Shown here piece by piece: positions 54,160-62,927 of a stretch of 64,000 nucleotides of DNA. Below the pieces are notes generated by a model. That model saw only the letters and a list, made by a program, of their open reading frames with translations. It did no database searches and was not told where the DNA came from. The first letter of the stretch is position 1; each line of letters starts with the position of its first letter. The position numbers and the translations under genes are program-made. Source of the stretch: Candidatus Acidiferrum sp. (lineage in GTDB: Bacteria > Acidobacteriota > Terriglobia > Acidiferrales > UBA7541); contig DATFZN010000114.1 of assembly GCA_035314425.1 (NCBI GenBank), forward strand, positions 4,232 through 68,231. The letters run 5' to 3'.

Positions 54160-57155
54160 GCGGTCCGGACCAAGAAGCCGTCGAGCTTTTCCTCCAGGAA
54201 GCATCCGAGCACCTGCAGTATCTGCGGGAATACGTCAGCGTGCTTCAAGACGCTTCGCCACGTCACGAAGATGTGGAGCGCCTGTACATCGCCGCACACA
54301 CGCTAAAGGGCACTTCTGCCAGTTATGGCTTTCCGCGCTTTTCTGAAGTTGCCGGCAAGCTTGCGCACATTTTCCAATATGCGCTGAATGCTCCGCTCGG
54401 CGACGATCTACACGGCCCGCTAACCGAGTTCCTTTCCGACGGCATCTCCCTGCTCGAAACCAGCTTGCTCGAGATTAGTGACACCGGTCAGGAAAATATC
54501 GAGGACGCAACCGCGTTTAAGGAACGCTATCGTTTTGCGTTTCCCGTCGAACCACCGCCACTCAATTTGGCGCCGCTCGAACCTCGTGTGGAAGAGCCGC
54601 AAGAGGCACAGGATAACTCACCATTTGAGCCGTCGGAGGCCATTCACACGGGGTTGACCGGTTCCTATTTCGATGCCCTGCCTGCCGACGACGAAGTCCC
54701 GGGCGAGATTATCGAGTTTTTCCAGCCCGAGGCAGAAGAGCATTTGCAAATCGTCAGCGACTGTCTGCTTTCGCTTGAAGGCAATAACAACCCTGAAGAT
54801 ATCAATCGGTTGTTTAGGGCGATCCACACGGTAAAGGGCTCGGCGGCCCAGGTTGGACTGCGGCGGCTGGGCGCGATCGCACATCGCGTGGAAGACTTGA
54901 TCGGACGCCTGCGTGATCAAGAAATTCAGCCTTCCCCGGCGGTCGTGGATCTATGCCTTGCGTCAGTCGACGTGCTGAAGAAGACCTTGCATCGCGAGTG
55001 GAAAGACGAATCGGAAATGCGCGCGGGGGTCGATTCCCTTCTGGGCCGTATTGCGACCTTCGCGCCCGAAGAGTCCGAGGAAGGGCCCGGGCAGCCTGCG
55101 CCGACAGAGCAAAACGAGCTCGCAAGCGAAGAGGCGGCAGTGGCCGTCGAGGAGCCGCGCGCGAATAAACCTGCTACGACTCGGGCGCAGAAACAAGCCG
55201 TTGCGGCAAAATCGGTGCGCATCGCGCTTGGTCGCCTGGATCGCATGATGAACACAGTCGGCGAACTGGTAATCAATCGCACGAAAATGGTCGGCCGGGT
55301 CGCAGAACTGGAAAAGTTGATCGACACCCTGAGCTTTTCGAAGGAACGATTGCAAGGCAAAGTCAGCGAGTTTCAGGACAAGTACGAATTTAACCGGATT
55401 CGAGCAATCCAACCCGGTACGCCCTGGGCAAATCGGCAGACTCAGCAGATGTTGACTAGCGCAGCGGCAGGCGATGGCTCCATCTTCAGTGATTTTGGTG
55501 AACTGGAGATGGACCGCTACGATGATTTTAATATCTTGTCGCGTTCGATGACGGAAATTTCCGCCGACGTGAACGAAGTCCTTGCGCAACTTGAAGGATT
55601 CATCGGGAGAGTGGAAGGCGATATCGACGAATTCACCAAGCTTGCACATCACTTACAGGACGAGATTACCGCCGCACGTATGGTGCCCATTGGTACTCTC
55701 TATTCGCTGCTGTCGCGCACGGTTCGAGATGCAGCCAAATCAGCCAAAAAACAAGTCGAGATGGATCTCTCGGGCAGCGAGACGGAACTCGACAATAACA
55801 TCATTCAGCAAATCTCTGATCCGCTGGTGCACTTGGTACGTAATTCCGTTGCGCACGGCATTGAACCAACCGAAGATCGTGCGCGCAACGGCAAGCCCGA
55901 ACAGGGCAAGATTCTGCTTCGTGCCTATCATCGCGGCAATCACATTTACATCGAAGTCGAGGATGATGGTCGCGGAATCGATTACGAGCGCGTCAAGCAT
56001 AGTGCAATTGAATCCGGATTGGTTTCACCGGAAACCGCTGGCCGTTTAACGGAGCGCGACCTCCGCGAAATGCTTTTCCATCCGGGTTTTTCCACCGCTT
56101 CCGTCAAGACTGAATTGGCCGGTCGGGGAGTCGGACTCGACGTCGTTCGATCCAACCTCAACGCGCTAAACGGTGAAATTGAAGTTCAGAGTGTGGCAAA
56201 TCAAGGAACGAAGTTTACCCTAAAGGTTCCACTGACACTTATTATTTCCCCGGCTTTGTTCGTGCGTTGCGGTTCGAATCACTTTGCGATTCCGCTCGCC
56301 GTCGTGGAAGAGATTCGTCGTATCCGATCCGACGAAATCGAGGATGTTGGCGGAAAGCTGCTGACAAAAGTTCGCGACGTAGTTACGGAAGTGGTGCGGT
56401 TGGATTCTTATCTTGGTTTGCCTCCCCTCGAGCCAATGAATGGATATTTCCGCATGGTCGTGGCCAACGCGGGAACACGGCAGGTTGGCGTCGTCGTTGA
56501 GGAAGTGATCGGCAAAGACGAAATCGTGATCAAGAGCCTTGGCGAATATCTGCGCAGAATCAAATTGTTCCCAGGCACGACCATCGCACCTGACGGCAGC
56601 TTGATTCTGTTACTCGATCTCAATCGCATGGTGGCGACCGAACCGAATGAGCGTCGCGCAGTACAAGCCAGTGCCAGCGCAGCTCGCGTATTTGCCCCGG
56701 GCTCCGAAGCCATCGCTCAAGGCACAATTCCTGTGGACGCGATCGATCGGGTTGACCAGGAACGCGTCGTCGTCATCGTGGACGATTCTATCAGCGTGCG
56801 CAAATTTGTGGCCCGGATGCTGGAAAAGAATGGCTATCGTGTGAAGCTTGCGGCCGATGGATTGGAAGCCGCTGAGCTTATCACCCAGCAGGGATGCCAT
56901 TTGGTCATTACCGACCTCGAAATGCCGCGCATGACCGGTTATGAATTGATGGCCCAATTGCGGCAGAACCCGATCACCAGAAGAATTCCGGTCATGGTAG
57001 TCACTTCACGAGCCGGCGCAAAACACCGTGAGCGCGCGCTCAAGGAAGGCGCGACTTCATTCCTGACAAAGCCAGTGCAGGAAGACCAACTGCTGTTCGC
57101 AGTGGAACAACTGATTGGGACGGAGGCGGCACGGCCAGTCGTGCCAGTTGGATAG
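54156..57155 (+). CDS. Hybrid CheA (ChpA-like): two Hpt domains + dimerisation + HATPase + CheW + C-terminal receiver
   Basis: Hpt1 AAHTLKGTSA and Hpt2 AIHTVKGSAA; HLVRNSVAHGIE, DDGRGID and GRGVGLDVV; a CheW-like domain; and a receiver (VVIVDDS, LVITDLEMP, TKP). 999 aa. Confidence 0.95.
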   Translation: MSGPDQEAVELFLQEASEHLQYLREYVSVLQDASPRHEDVERLYIAAHTLKGTSASYGFPRFSEVAGKLAHIFQYALNAPLGDDLHGPLTEFLSDGISLLETSLLEISDTGQENIEDATAFKERYRFAFPVEPPPLNLAPLEPRVEEPQEAQDNSPFEPSEAIHTGLTGSYFDALPADDEVPGEIIEFFQPEAEEHLQIVSDCLLSLEGNNNPEDINRLFRAIHTVKGSAAQVGLRRLGAIAHRVEDLIGRLRDQEIQPSPAVVDLCLASVDVLKKTLHREWKDESEMRAGVDSLLGRIATFAPEESEEGPGQPAPTEQNELASEEAAVAVEEPRANKPATTRAQKQAVAAKSVRIALGRLDRMMNTVGELVINRTKMVGRVAELEKLIDTLSFSKERLQGKVSEFQDKYEFNRIRAIQPGTPWANRQTQQMLTSAAAGDGSIFSDFGELEMDRYDDFNILSRSMTEISADVNEVLAQLEGFIGRVEGDIDEFTKLAHHLQDEITAARMVPIGTLYSLLSRTVRDAAKSAKKQVEMDLSGSETELDNNIIQQISDPLVHLVRNSVAHGIEPTEDRARNGKPEQGKILLRAYHRGNHIYIEVEDDGRGIDYERVKHSAIESGLVSPETAGRLTERDLREMLFHPGFSTASVKTELAGRGVGLDVVRSNLNALNGEIEVQSVANQGTKFTLKVPLTLIISPALFVRCGSNHFAIPLAVVEEIRRIRSDEIEDVGGKLLTKVRDVVTEVVRLDSYLGLPPLEPMNGYFRMVVANAGTRQVGVVVEEVIGKDEIVIKSLGEYLRRIKLFPGTTIAPDGSLILLLDLNRMVATEPNERRAVQASASAARVFAPGSEAIAQGTIPVDAIDRVDQERVVVIVDDSISVRKFVARMLEKNGYRVKLAADGLEAAELITQQGCHLVITDLEMPRMTGYELMAQLRQNPITRRIPVMVVTSRAGAKHRERALKEGATSFLTKPVQEDQLLFAVEQLIGTEAARPVVPVG

Positions 57156-57162
57156 ACGAGCC

Positions 57163-58302
57163 ATGACCAGTAGCGCACAAAAGAAGTTCCGAGTGCTCGT
57201 CGTGGACGATTCCGCTTTCATGCGGAAAGTTCTCGAGTCTATTTTCAATTCAGACGACCAATTGCAGGTAGTCGGCCACGCCAAGGATGGCCGCGAAGCG
57301 ATCACGCTCTCGGAATCCCTTAAACCTGATGTCATCACCATGGACATCAATATGCCGCATGTCGACGGGCTGCAGGCCACAGCGCATATCATGACGAACA
57401 ACCCGCGGCCGATTGTGGTGGTTAGCTCAGAAACCCGCGAAGGAGCCTTCAGCGCTCTGAAGGCATTGGAACTTGGCGCAATCGAGTTTGTGACCAAGCC
57501 AACCAGCGGCATTGATCTGGACATGCAGAGTATTAAAGAGGATTTGCTGCGTAAAGTTCGGATGGCTGCGAAAGTTCGGGTCGTGCGAACAGCATCACGT
57601 CAGGCAAGCACGATACAGTCTCGAACTCTGCCCGCAACCTCAACACCCGCTCAGGCAGAGCCCCTGGCTGCACCTTCGCGAACCATGAGCGTTGCGACTG
57701 ATCTTCGCTTCCCGGTTGTGGTGCTCGGTGCATCAACTGGAGGTCCTGCAACAATCATGCGCATGGCGCCCGGTTTTACGCGCGATTTTCCGGCGGCAGT
57801 CATCCTCGTTCAACACATGCCAGCAGCATTTACTACCCAATATGCTGTGCAACTTGCAGAGTTCACCAACATCCGTGTGAAAGAAGCGGAAAATGGTGAA
57901 GCGGTTGGGCCCGGTACTCTCTATATTTGTCCCGGTGGGCAGCATCTCCGCGTTTCGCAAACGGGACGCATTCAGCTCGACGCAACAACCGGGCGAATCG
58001 AAGGATATCTACCCAACATCGATGTGACCCTGGAATCTGTGGCAAGTTTTGCCGGTCCGATGGGCATCGGCGTAATCCTGACCGGGATGGGGAGTGATGG
58101 CGCTCGCGGCGCACGGCTAATTAAGTCTGCCGGTGGGATTGTTTTCGCCCAGGACGAAGCGACTTCCGTAATTTTCGGTATGCCAGCAGAAGCGATTAAG
58201 ACCGGTGCAGTCGAACAAGTATTGGGAATTGACGACCTGTATCCCGCGATTGAAAAGCGAGTTCTCAGCCTCAGCCGCGCGATGCCAGCAGGAGTGCTCT
58301 GA
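57163..58302 (+). CDS. CheB-type methylesterase (REC + methylesterase; ChpB position)
   Basis: Motifs VLVVDDS, DVITMDINMP, GASTGGP, LVQHMP and GMGSDG. The start is at MTSSAQKK (57163). Confidence 0.95.
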   Translation: MTSSAQKKFRVLVVDDSAFMRKVLESIFNSDDQLQVVGHAKDGREAITLSESLKPDVITMDINMPHVDGLQATAHIMTNNPRPIVVVSSETREGAFSALKALELGAIEFVTKPTSGIDLDMQSIKEDLLRKVRMAAKVRVVRTASRQASTIQSRTLPATSTPAQAEPLAAPSRTMSVATDLRFPVVVLGASTGGPATIMRMAPGFTRDFPAAVILVQHMPAAFTTQYAVQLAEFTNIRVKEAENGEAVGPGTLYICPGGQHLRVSQTGRIQLDATTGRIEGYLPNIDVTLESVASFAGPMGIGVILTGMGSDGARGARLIKSAGGIVFAQDEATSVIFGMPAEAIKTGAVEQVLGIDDLYPAIEKRVLSLSRAMPAGVL

Positions 58303-58841
58303 TGCGTTTCGAACCCACGCATAAGATTCCGGCGGCGCGCAGCGAACAGATCATACTTTTTCGCAGTAGCTCCCAGCTTTTTGCGGTTTCCTCTGCTTCC
58401 GTACAAGAAGTACGCAGCGTCGATAGTCTCGCTGGCCTGGCCAGCGAAATCAACGTGCCGAACATTCGCAAAGTACGTCACATGCTCCGACGAGCAGAGC
58501 GCACCATCTATGTGGTCAACGTGGCATTGCATTTTGGATTGAAACCTTCACCGGCTGGCCTGATTTTCCTTCTCCGTAGATCGCGCATCGCACTGCTCTT
58601 GGACGGAATCGAGAAGATGAGCACCATGACACGCCTACAGGCCCTGCCCGCAGCTTTCACTCACGAAGAGCGCCATTGGTACCGGGGATTGACGGTTTTG
58701 GAACAAAACGTGTTTCCGGTGATAAATCCCACAGGCTTTTTGACCGCAGAAGAATTTCTGCAATTGGATTTGGCAGTCGAAAAGAAGGCGCACGATGCCG
58801 CAGCTCCCCCGGTTGAACCTGAAATTGGATTGGCGCTATGA
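58302..58841 (+). CDS. CheW-like domain protein (divergent; ChpC position)
   Basis: ..ILFRSSSQLFAVSSASVQEV.. has a CheW-like topology. Coupled by a TGATG overlap upstream and an ATGA overlap downstream. Confidence 0.7.
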   Translation: MRFEPTHKIPAARSEQIILFRSSSQLFAVSSASVQEVRSVDSLAGLASEINVPNIRKVRHMLRRAERTIYVVNVALHFGLKPSPAGLIFLLRRSRIALLLDGIEKMSTMTRLQALPAAFTHEERHWYRGLTVLEQNVFPVINPTGFLTAEEFLQLDLAVEKKAHDAAAPPVEPEIGLAL

Positions 58842-59320
58842 CGTGGACCGACCAAATCGATTCACACTCTTGCGTGCTGCTACGCATCGGTGATCGCACG
58901 TTTGCGCTTCCTGCCGATCAGGTGGCCGAGCTTGTCGCCCCTAGCCGCATTTTTCGTTTCCCTCATCGCACCAAAGAAATCGACGGTGTCATTTTGCGGC
59001 GTGGGCGGGTGGTTCCCGTGTGCGATCTCGCGGAAAAGCTCACGGGCCAGCGCTTGGTCTCCAGACGCTTTTACCTGATTGCCTGGAGGCAGCTGGCCAG
59101 CTCGAAAGAAACCGTAGCGTTGCCGGTGAGCGGCGAATGTGAATTGATCCGCGCGGATCTTACCCCTGCCAGCCCGACAGATTCGGCGCATGTAGCGGGA
59201 TGGCTGTCGCACCAAGGCGAAGTGATCGAAGTATTAAATCTTCAAGCGCTTACGCCAGAAATAATACTTGCTCGCCAAGCGAGTTCGGAACGGGCGGCGC
59301 TTGCGGAAGTGCTACCATGA
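58838..59320 (+). CDS. CheW-like domain protein (divergent, second tandem copy)
   Basis: Motifs ..VLLRIGDRTFALPADQVAELV.. and ILRRGRVVPVCDL. Confidence 0.7.
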   Translation: MTWTDQIDSHSCVLLRIGDRTFALPADQVAELVAPSRIFRFPHRTKEIDGVILRRGRVVPVCDLAEKLTGQRLVSRRFYLIAWRQLASSKETVALPVSGECELIRADLTPASPTDSAHVAGWLSHQGEVIEVLNLQALTPEIILARQASSERAALAEVLP

Positions 59321-60102
59321 TCTTTCCTGGAAAACCCGCCAAGATTCTACTGATTGACAGCAACGTGCTTTTTGCCAAGCGCCTTGGCGATGCCCTGAAA
59401 CGAGAGGGCTTTGAGGTCATTTCGACAACGCAAGCGGCATTTGCTTTGACAACCTTGGAGTACGACGCTCCATCAGCAATCGTGTGTTCCAGCAGTATGC
59501 GCGAAATGGGCGCATTGGAGTTGGCAAAAGTCGTTCGTGCAGATGCAAAGAACGCCAACCTACCGATTATCGCGATGGGTGACGGCAGCCAGAGGGCGTT
59601 GATGGAGGCCTTTCAAGCTGGATGCGATGATTACATCGATCGCCATCTTTCGCCCGCGACCATCGCCAATCACATCAAGAACATCGTCGTCAGCAAGATT
59701 GATGGCTTCCAGCCAACTCAAATGCTGGGTCAGGCGGACACCAGCTTAAGTGGAAATTTGACCCACCACGACCTCACCGGAGTGATGCAAATGCTTGGTC
59801 AGGCTCACCAAACTGGCGCGTTAACGATCAACGCCGGTGACACGGATGCGGTGATATTTTTTGACGCCGGTGAGATTACCCACGCGGAGTGCGGATCGCT
59901 GTTTGGCGATGAAGCTGTGCTGCATATCCTGAAAAACTGCGTGCAGTGTGGCAACGGAGTTTACAAGTTTGTTTACGGTGCTGCTTCCGGGCAGCGCACC
60001 GTTTTGCGCTCAGCCACGGACCTTATGTTGGACGCCATGCGCGAGTATGACGAAGTGGTTCGCGACATGAGCGACGATTTCGCGGACAAGGAGGCTCAAT
60101 GA
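59317..60102 (+). CDS. Pseudo-receiver + DUF4388 (PATAN-type) domain protein
   Basis: Receiver fold with Ser at the phospho-Asp position (AIVCSSSMREMG), and T87 and K109 equivalents also replaced. The C-terminal LSGNLTHHDLTGVMQMLGQAHQTGALTINAGDTDAVIFFDAGEITHAE..GDEAV..IL matches the DUF4388 pattern. The start is at 59317 (ATGA overlap), not the ORF-track 59200. Confidence 0.75.
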   Translation: MIFPGKPAKILLIDSNVLFAKRLGDALKREGFEVISTTQAAFALTTLEYDAPSAIVCSSSMREMGALELAKVVRADAKNANLPIIAMGDGSQRALMEAFQAGCDDYIDRHLSPATIANHIKNIVVSKIDGFQPTQMLGQADTSLSGNLTHHDLTGVMQMLGQAHQTGALTINAGDTDAVIFFDAGEITHAECGSLFGDEAVLHILKNCVQCGNGVYKFVYGAASGQRTVLRSATDLMLDAMREYDEVVRDMSDDFADKEAQ

Positions 60103-60929
60103 GCGAAACCATCGCTATGCCACCCCTCGGGACGGTCGAAAAAGGGCATGTTCCCACAGTTTATTTCATAGATGACAGCGCCACGATGCGCGAAGTCATC
60201 AAGATCGCGTTTCGTCGCGAGAACATTCACGTCATCACCTGCGCCGAGGCATCTTCCGCGCTGGGGCAATTCGATGAACATCCCCCGGATATCGTCATCA
60301 CGGATGTAATCATGCCGGATCAGGACGGCTACTCGGTCTGCAGCCAGATCAAACAGAATCCTCTCTACGCAAAGATTCCTGTAATCCTCATGTCCGGCGT
60401 CGTGAACAAGAATGTTGCGGATCGCGCGGTAGCCGTGCAAGCCGATGAGCTGGTACGCAAGCCGTTTCAGCCGCAGGAGCTGATCGCTCGCGTGAAAAAT
60501 CTTCTAGGCCAATCGAATCCGCGGCCGCAGCCCAAAGAAGAGCATTCTCCTGCTGTGCCGTCGCTCAGCAATTTATTTTCGGCTGCACCCTCAAATCCAC
60601 CGGCCGCACTGCGCCTGGTTCCGGTACCACCTCTGGTTCCCACGCCTCCGCCAAACGAACCCCCGCCGCCGGATTCGGTTTGGCCGCGGGCACTTGCGGA
60701 AGCATTTCTGCAGCAAAATCCCGGTGCCCCGCCGCAGCAACCTGCGCAGCCGGTGACCAGCCCTCCTGCCGCTCGCCCAAATGCCACCCCGGCCGATGCC
60801 ATCAGATTGCGAGCGGAAATTGCCCGCCTTGACCTACTCGTCAAGAAACTGCAAACCGAACTCCAGATCGAGCGGCAATATAATCAAGCGCTGGAGTTGC
60901 ACGTGCGCAGCTTGATTCAGATCGATTGA
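60099..60929 (+). CDS. Response regulator: canonical receiver + approximately 100-aa Pro-rich low-complexity region + short C-terminal coiled coil
   Basis: Motifs YFIDDS, DIVITDVIMP, LMSG and VRKPF, then PRPQPKEE...PPPNEPPPPD...PPQQPAQPVTSPPAARP, then RLRAEIARLDLLVKKLQTELQIERQYNQALE. Confidence 0.8.
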   Translation: MSETIAMPPLGTVEKGHVPTVYFIDDSATMREVIKIAFRRENIHVITCAEASSALGQFDEHPPDIVITDVIMPDQDGYSVCSQIKQNPLYAKIPVILMSGVVNKNVADRAVAVQADELVRKPFQPQELIARVKNLLGQSNPRPQPKEEHSPAVPSLSNLFSAAPSNPPAALRLVPVPPLVPTPPPNEPPPPDSVWPRALAEAFLQQNPGAPPQQPAQPVTSPPAARPNATPADAIRLRAEIARLDLLVKKLQTELQIERQYNQALELHVRSLIQID

Positions 60930-61048
60930 AGGCAAATTTGATCGTGGAAACTGTCTTGATTCGCGATCTCCGATGGTCCAGTTGACGGTTCTCAGTGAAT
61001 TGGATAGCCTCGCCTTGCTTTTCCGCGCTCGTGAGGGAGTTTGAGGTC

Positions 61049-61465
61049 ATGAAGACGCAAAACAAAAAATTACTTTCTCGCCGCGCGTTTGCCCAACGAG
61101 CAGCCCTGCTGTCAGCCGGTGCGGGACTTGCGCCTGCTAGCCGCATTCTCCCGACGATTGCTTCTGCGGAGGGATCGGTTCAATCGCCAGCCAACCTTCC
61201 AAAGCTTTCTGCCGAGGGACAATCAGAAGCAGAAGCTCGCTACCAACTCGCTTTAAGCAGATATGGCTCACGCTTGAATGAGGAGCAAAAGAAAACCGTA
61301 AAGCTGATGTGCTGTATGGCGCAACCTGGACTAGAACGCCTTCGCTCCTTTTCGCTAAAAAACGGCGATGTCCCGGATCTTTTCTTAAAGCCACTTGTCG
61401 AGCGGGAGAAGCAATCTCCCGGAATGATATCGGGCACATCCTCTGCCATTCGGAAACAATCCTAA
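61049..61465 (+). CDS. Small Tat-signal protein (about 138 aa), possible amidase partner
   Basis: SRRAFAQ twin-arginine motif, h-region AALLSAGAGLAPA and an ASA cleavage site. It ends 9 nt before the amidase gene. The start is at MKTQNKK (61049). Confidence 0.65.
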   Translation: MKTQNKKLLSRRAFAQRAALLSAGAGLAPASRILPTIASAEGSVQSPANLPKLSAEGQSEAEARYQLALSRYGSRLNEEQKKTVKLMCCMAQPGLERLRSFSLKNGDVPDLFLKPLVEREKQSPGMISGTSSAIRKQS

Positions 61466-61474
61466 GGAGCATGA

Positions 61475-62890
61475 ATGCTCGCAGCTTCCGTTCTCTACCA
61501 ATCGCTAGGCGAACTAGCTAAAAAAATCGAAGCGAAACAAATCTCCCCGGTCGAGCTCACGGAAAGCTATCTCGATCGTAGTCAAAAGCTCGGACCAAAA
61601 CTGAATGCTTACGCGCAACTTACCCCGGAAATCGCCCTCGAGCAGGCAGAAGCAGCAGAAAAAGAGATTCACCGCGGCCATTATCGCGGCCCACTGCACG
61701 GAATTCCCTACGCGGCGAAAGATCTGCTGGCAGTGAAGGGAATTCCAACGACATGCGGCGCAAAACCGTACGCGAATCAGGTTTTCGACTACCACGCTAC
61801 CGTGATCGAGCATCTCAATCATGCGGGCGCTGTCATGATTGGCAAAGCGTCAATGATCGAACTTGCCGGCGCAATGGGATACATGTATGCAAGAGCGTCC
61901 TTGCAAGGTGAATGCAAGAATCCCTGGGATACAACTTGCTGGACCGGCGGATCATCCTCGGGTTCTGCCGCAATTGTTTCCGCGGGCCTTGCCGCGTTCA
62001 CAATTGGGACCGAAACATGGGGATCGATCGTCTGCCCAGCAGCCTTTTGCGGCGTCAGCGGACTCCGCCCTACCTTTGGCCGCGTCAGCCGCTATGGCGC
62101 CATGGCTCTGGCCTATTCGATGGATAAAATCGGACCGATCGCGCGATCCGCGGAAGATTGCACGCGTATTTTTGCGGCGATTGCTGGCCACGATCCACAT
62201 GACCTCGACACTCTTCCTGTTGATAAAGCCGCCTTCACGTATTCACCTTCCGCGGAGTTGAACAGTCGCAGGTTAAAAGTTGGATGGCTCACCAACGCCT
62301 GGAAGCAGACCGACTACGAACCGTCTTTGGCAAAAGTGTTGGATGCAACTCACAAAGTCTTGCAGAAACGATTTCCAGGGATGAAAGATGCTGAGCTTCC
62401 GGCGGGGCCGTGGGAGGATGCCGCGAATGTCATTCTGCACTGCGAAGTTGCTTCAGCATTCGCGCCGTTGATCGATTCGGGACGTTTGCGAGAACTCTCC
62501 GATCCGTTAGGTCAAGTTGGTGGCTACATCAGCCAGACGATTTCTGGCGCTGACTATACAACTGCCTTGCGCGTACGTGAGATCCTTCAACAAACGATCC
62601 GAACACTGTTCGAGTCTTACGATGTTCTGGTCGCCGCGGCACAACCCGTCCCCGCAACTTCACTTGAACTGAATCTCCTCACGGGTTTGTCCTTCGCCGA
62701 TCTCTTGGGAGGCATCGGGAATCTCTGCGGTTTGCCGGCCCTTTCTGTTCCCTGCGGATTTACAGAAAAGAAGCTCCCCGTCGGCATTCAGTTCGTTGCG
62801 AGAGCTGGCAACGACGCGGCGGTACTCCAGGCTGGCCGGGCGTTTCAGCAAGCCACGGATTGGCACCACAAGCACCCCAACCTTGAATAA
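61475..62890 (+). CDS. Amidase-signature (AS) family amidase, no signal peptide
   Basis: AS motif GGSSSGSAA and KD.. (PYAAKDLL). 471 aa. AAGGAG lies 5 nt upstream of the ATG. Confidence 0.9.
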   Translation: MLAASVLYQSLGELAKKIEAKQISPVELTESYLDRSQKLGPKLNAYAQLTPEIALEQAEAAEKEIHRGHYRGPLHGIPYAAKDLLAVKGIPTTCGAKPYANQVFDYHATVIEHLNHAGAVMIGKASMIELAGAMGYMYARASLQGECKNPWDTTCWTGGSSSGSAAIVSAGLAAFTIGTETWGSIVCPAAFCGVSGLRPTFGRVSRYGAMALAYSMDKIGPIARSAEDCTRIFAAIAGHDPHDLDTLPVDKAAFTYSPSAELNSRRLKVGWLTNAWKQTDYEPSLAKVLDATHKVLQKRFPGMKDAELPAGPWEDAANVILHCEVASAFAPLIDSGRLRELSDPLGQVGGYISQTISGADYTTALRVREILQQTIRTLFESYDVLVAAAQPVPATSLELNLLTGLSFADLLGGIGNLCGLPALSVPCGFTEKKLPVGIQFVARAGNDAAVLQAGRAFQQATDWHHKHPNLE

Positions 62891-62927
62891 CTTTCACAGT
62901 GGACCTTGATAGTTGCATGACAAGGAA

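Noticed and set aside
54963-55652. 229-aa minus-strand ORF
   Set aside because: It is antisense to the hybrid CheA gene.
60467-60844. 125-aa minus-strand Gly/Arg-rich ORF and low-complexity DNA
   Set aside because: It is the reverse complement of the Pro-rich linker of the response regulator 60099..60929.
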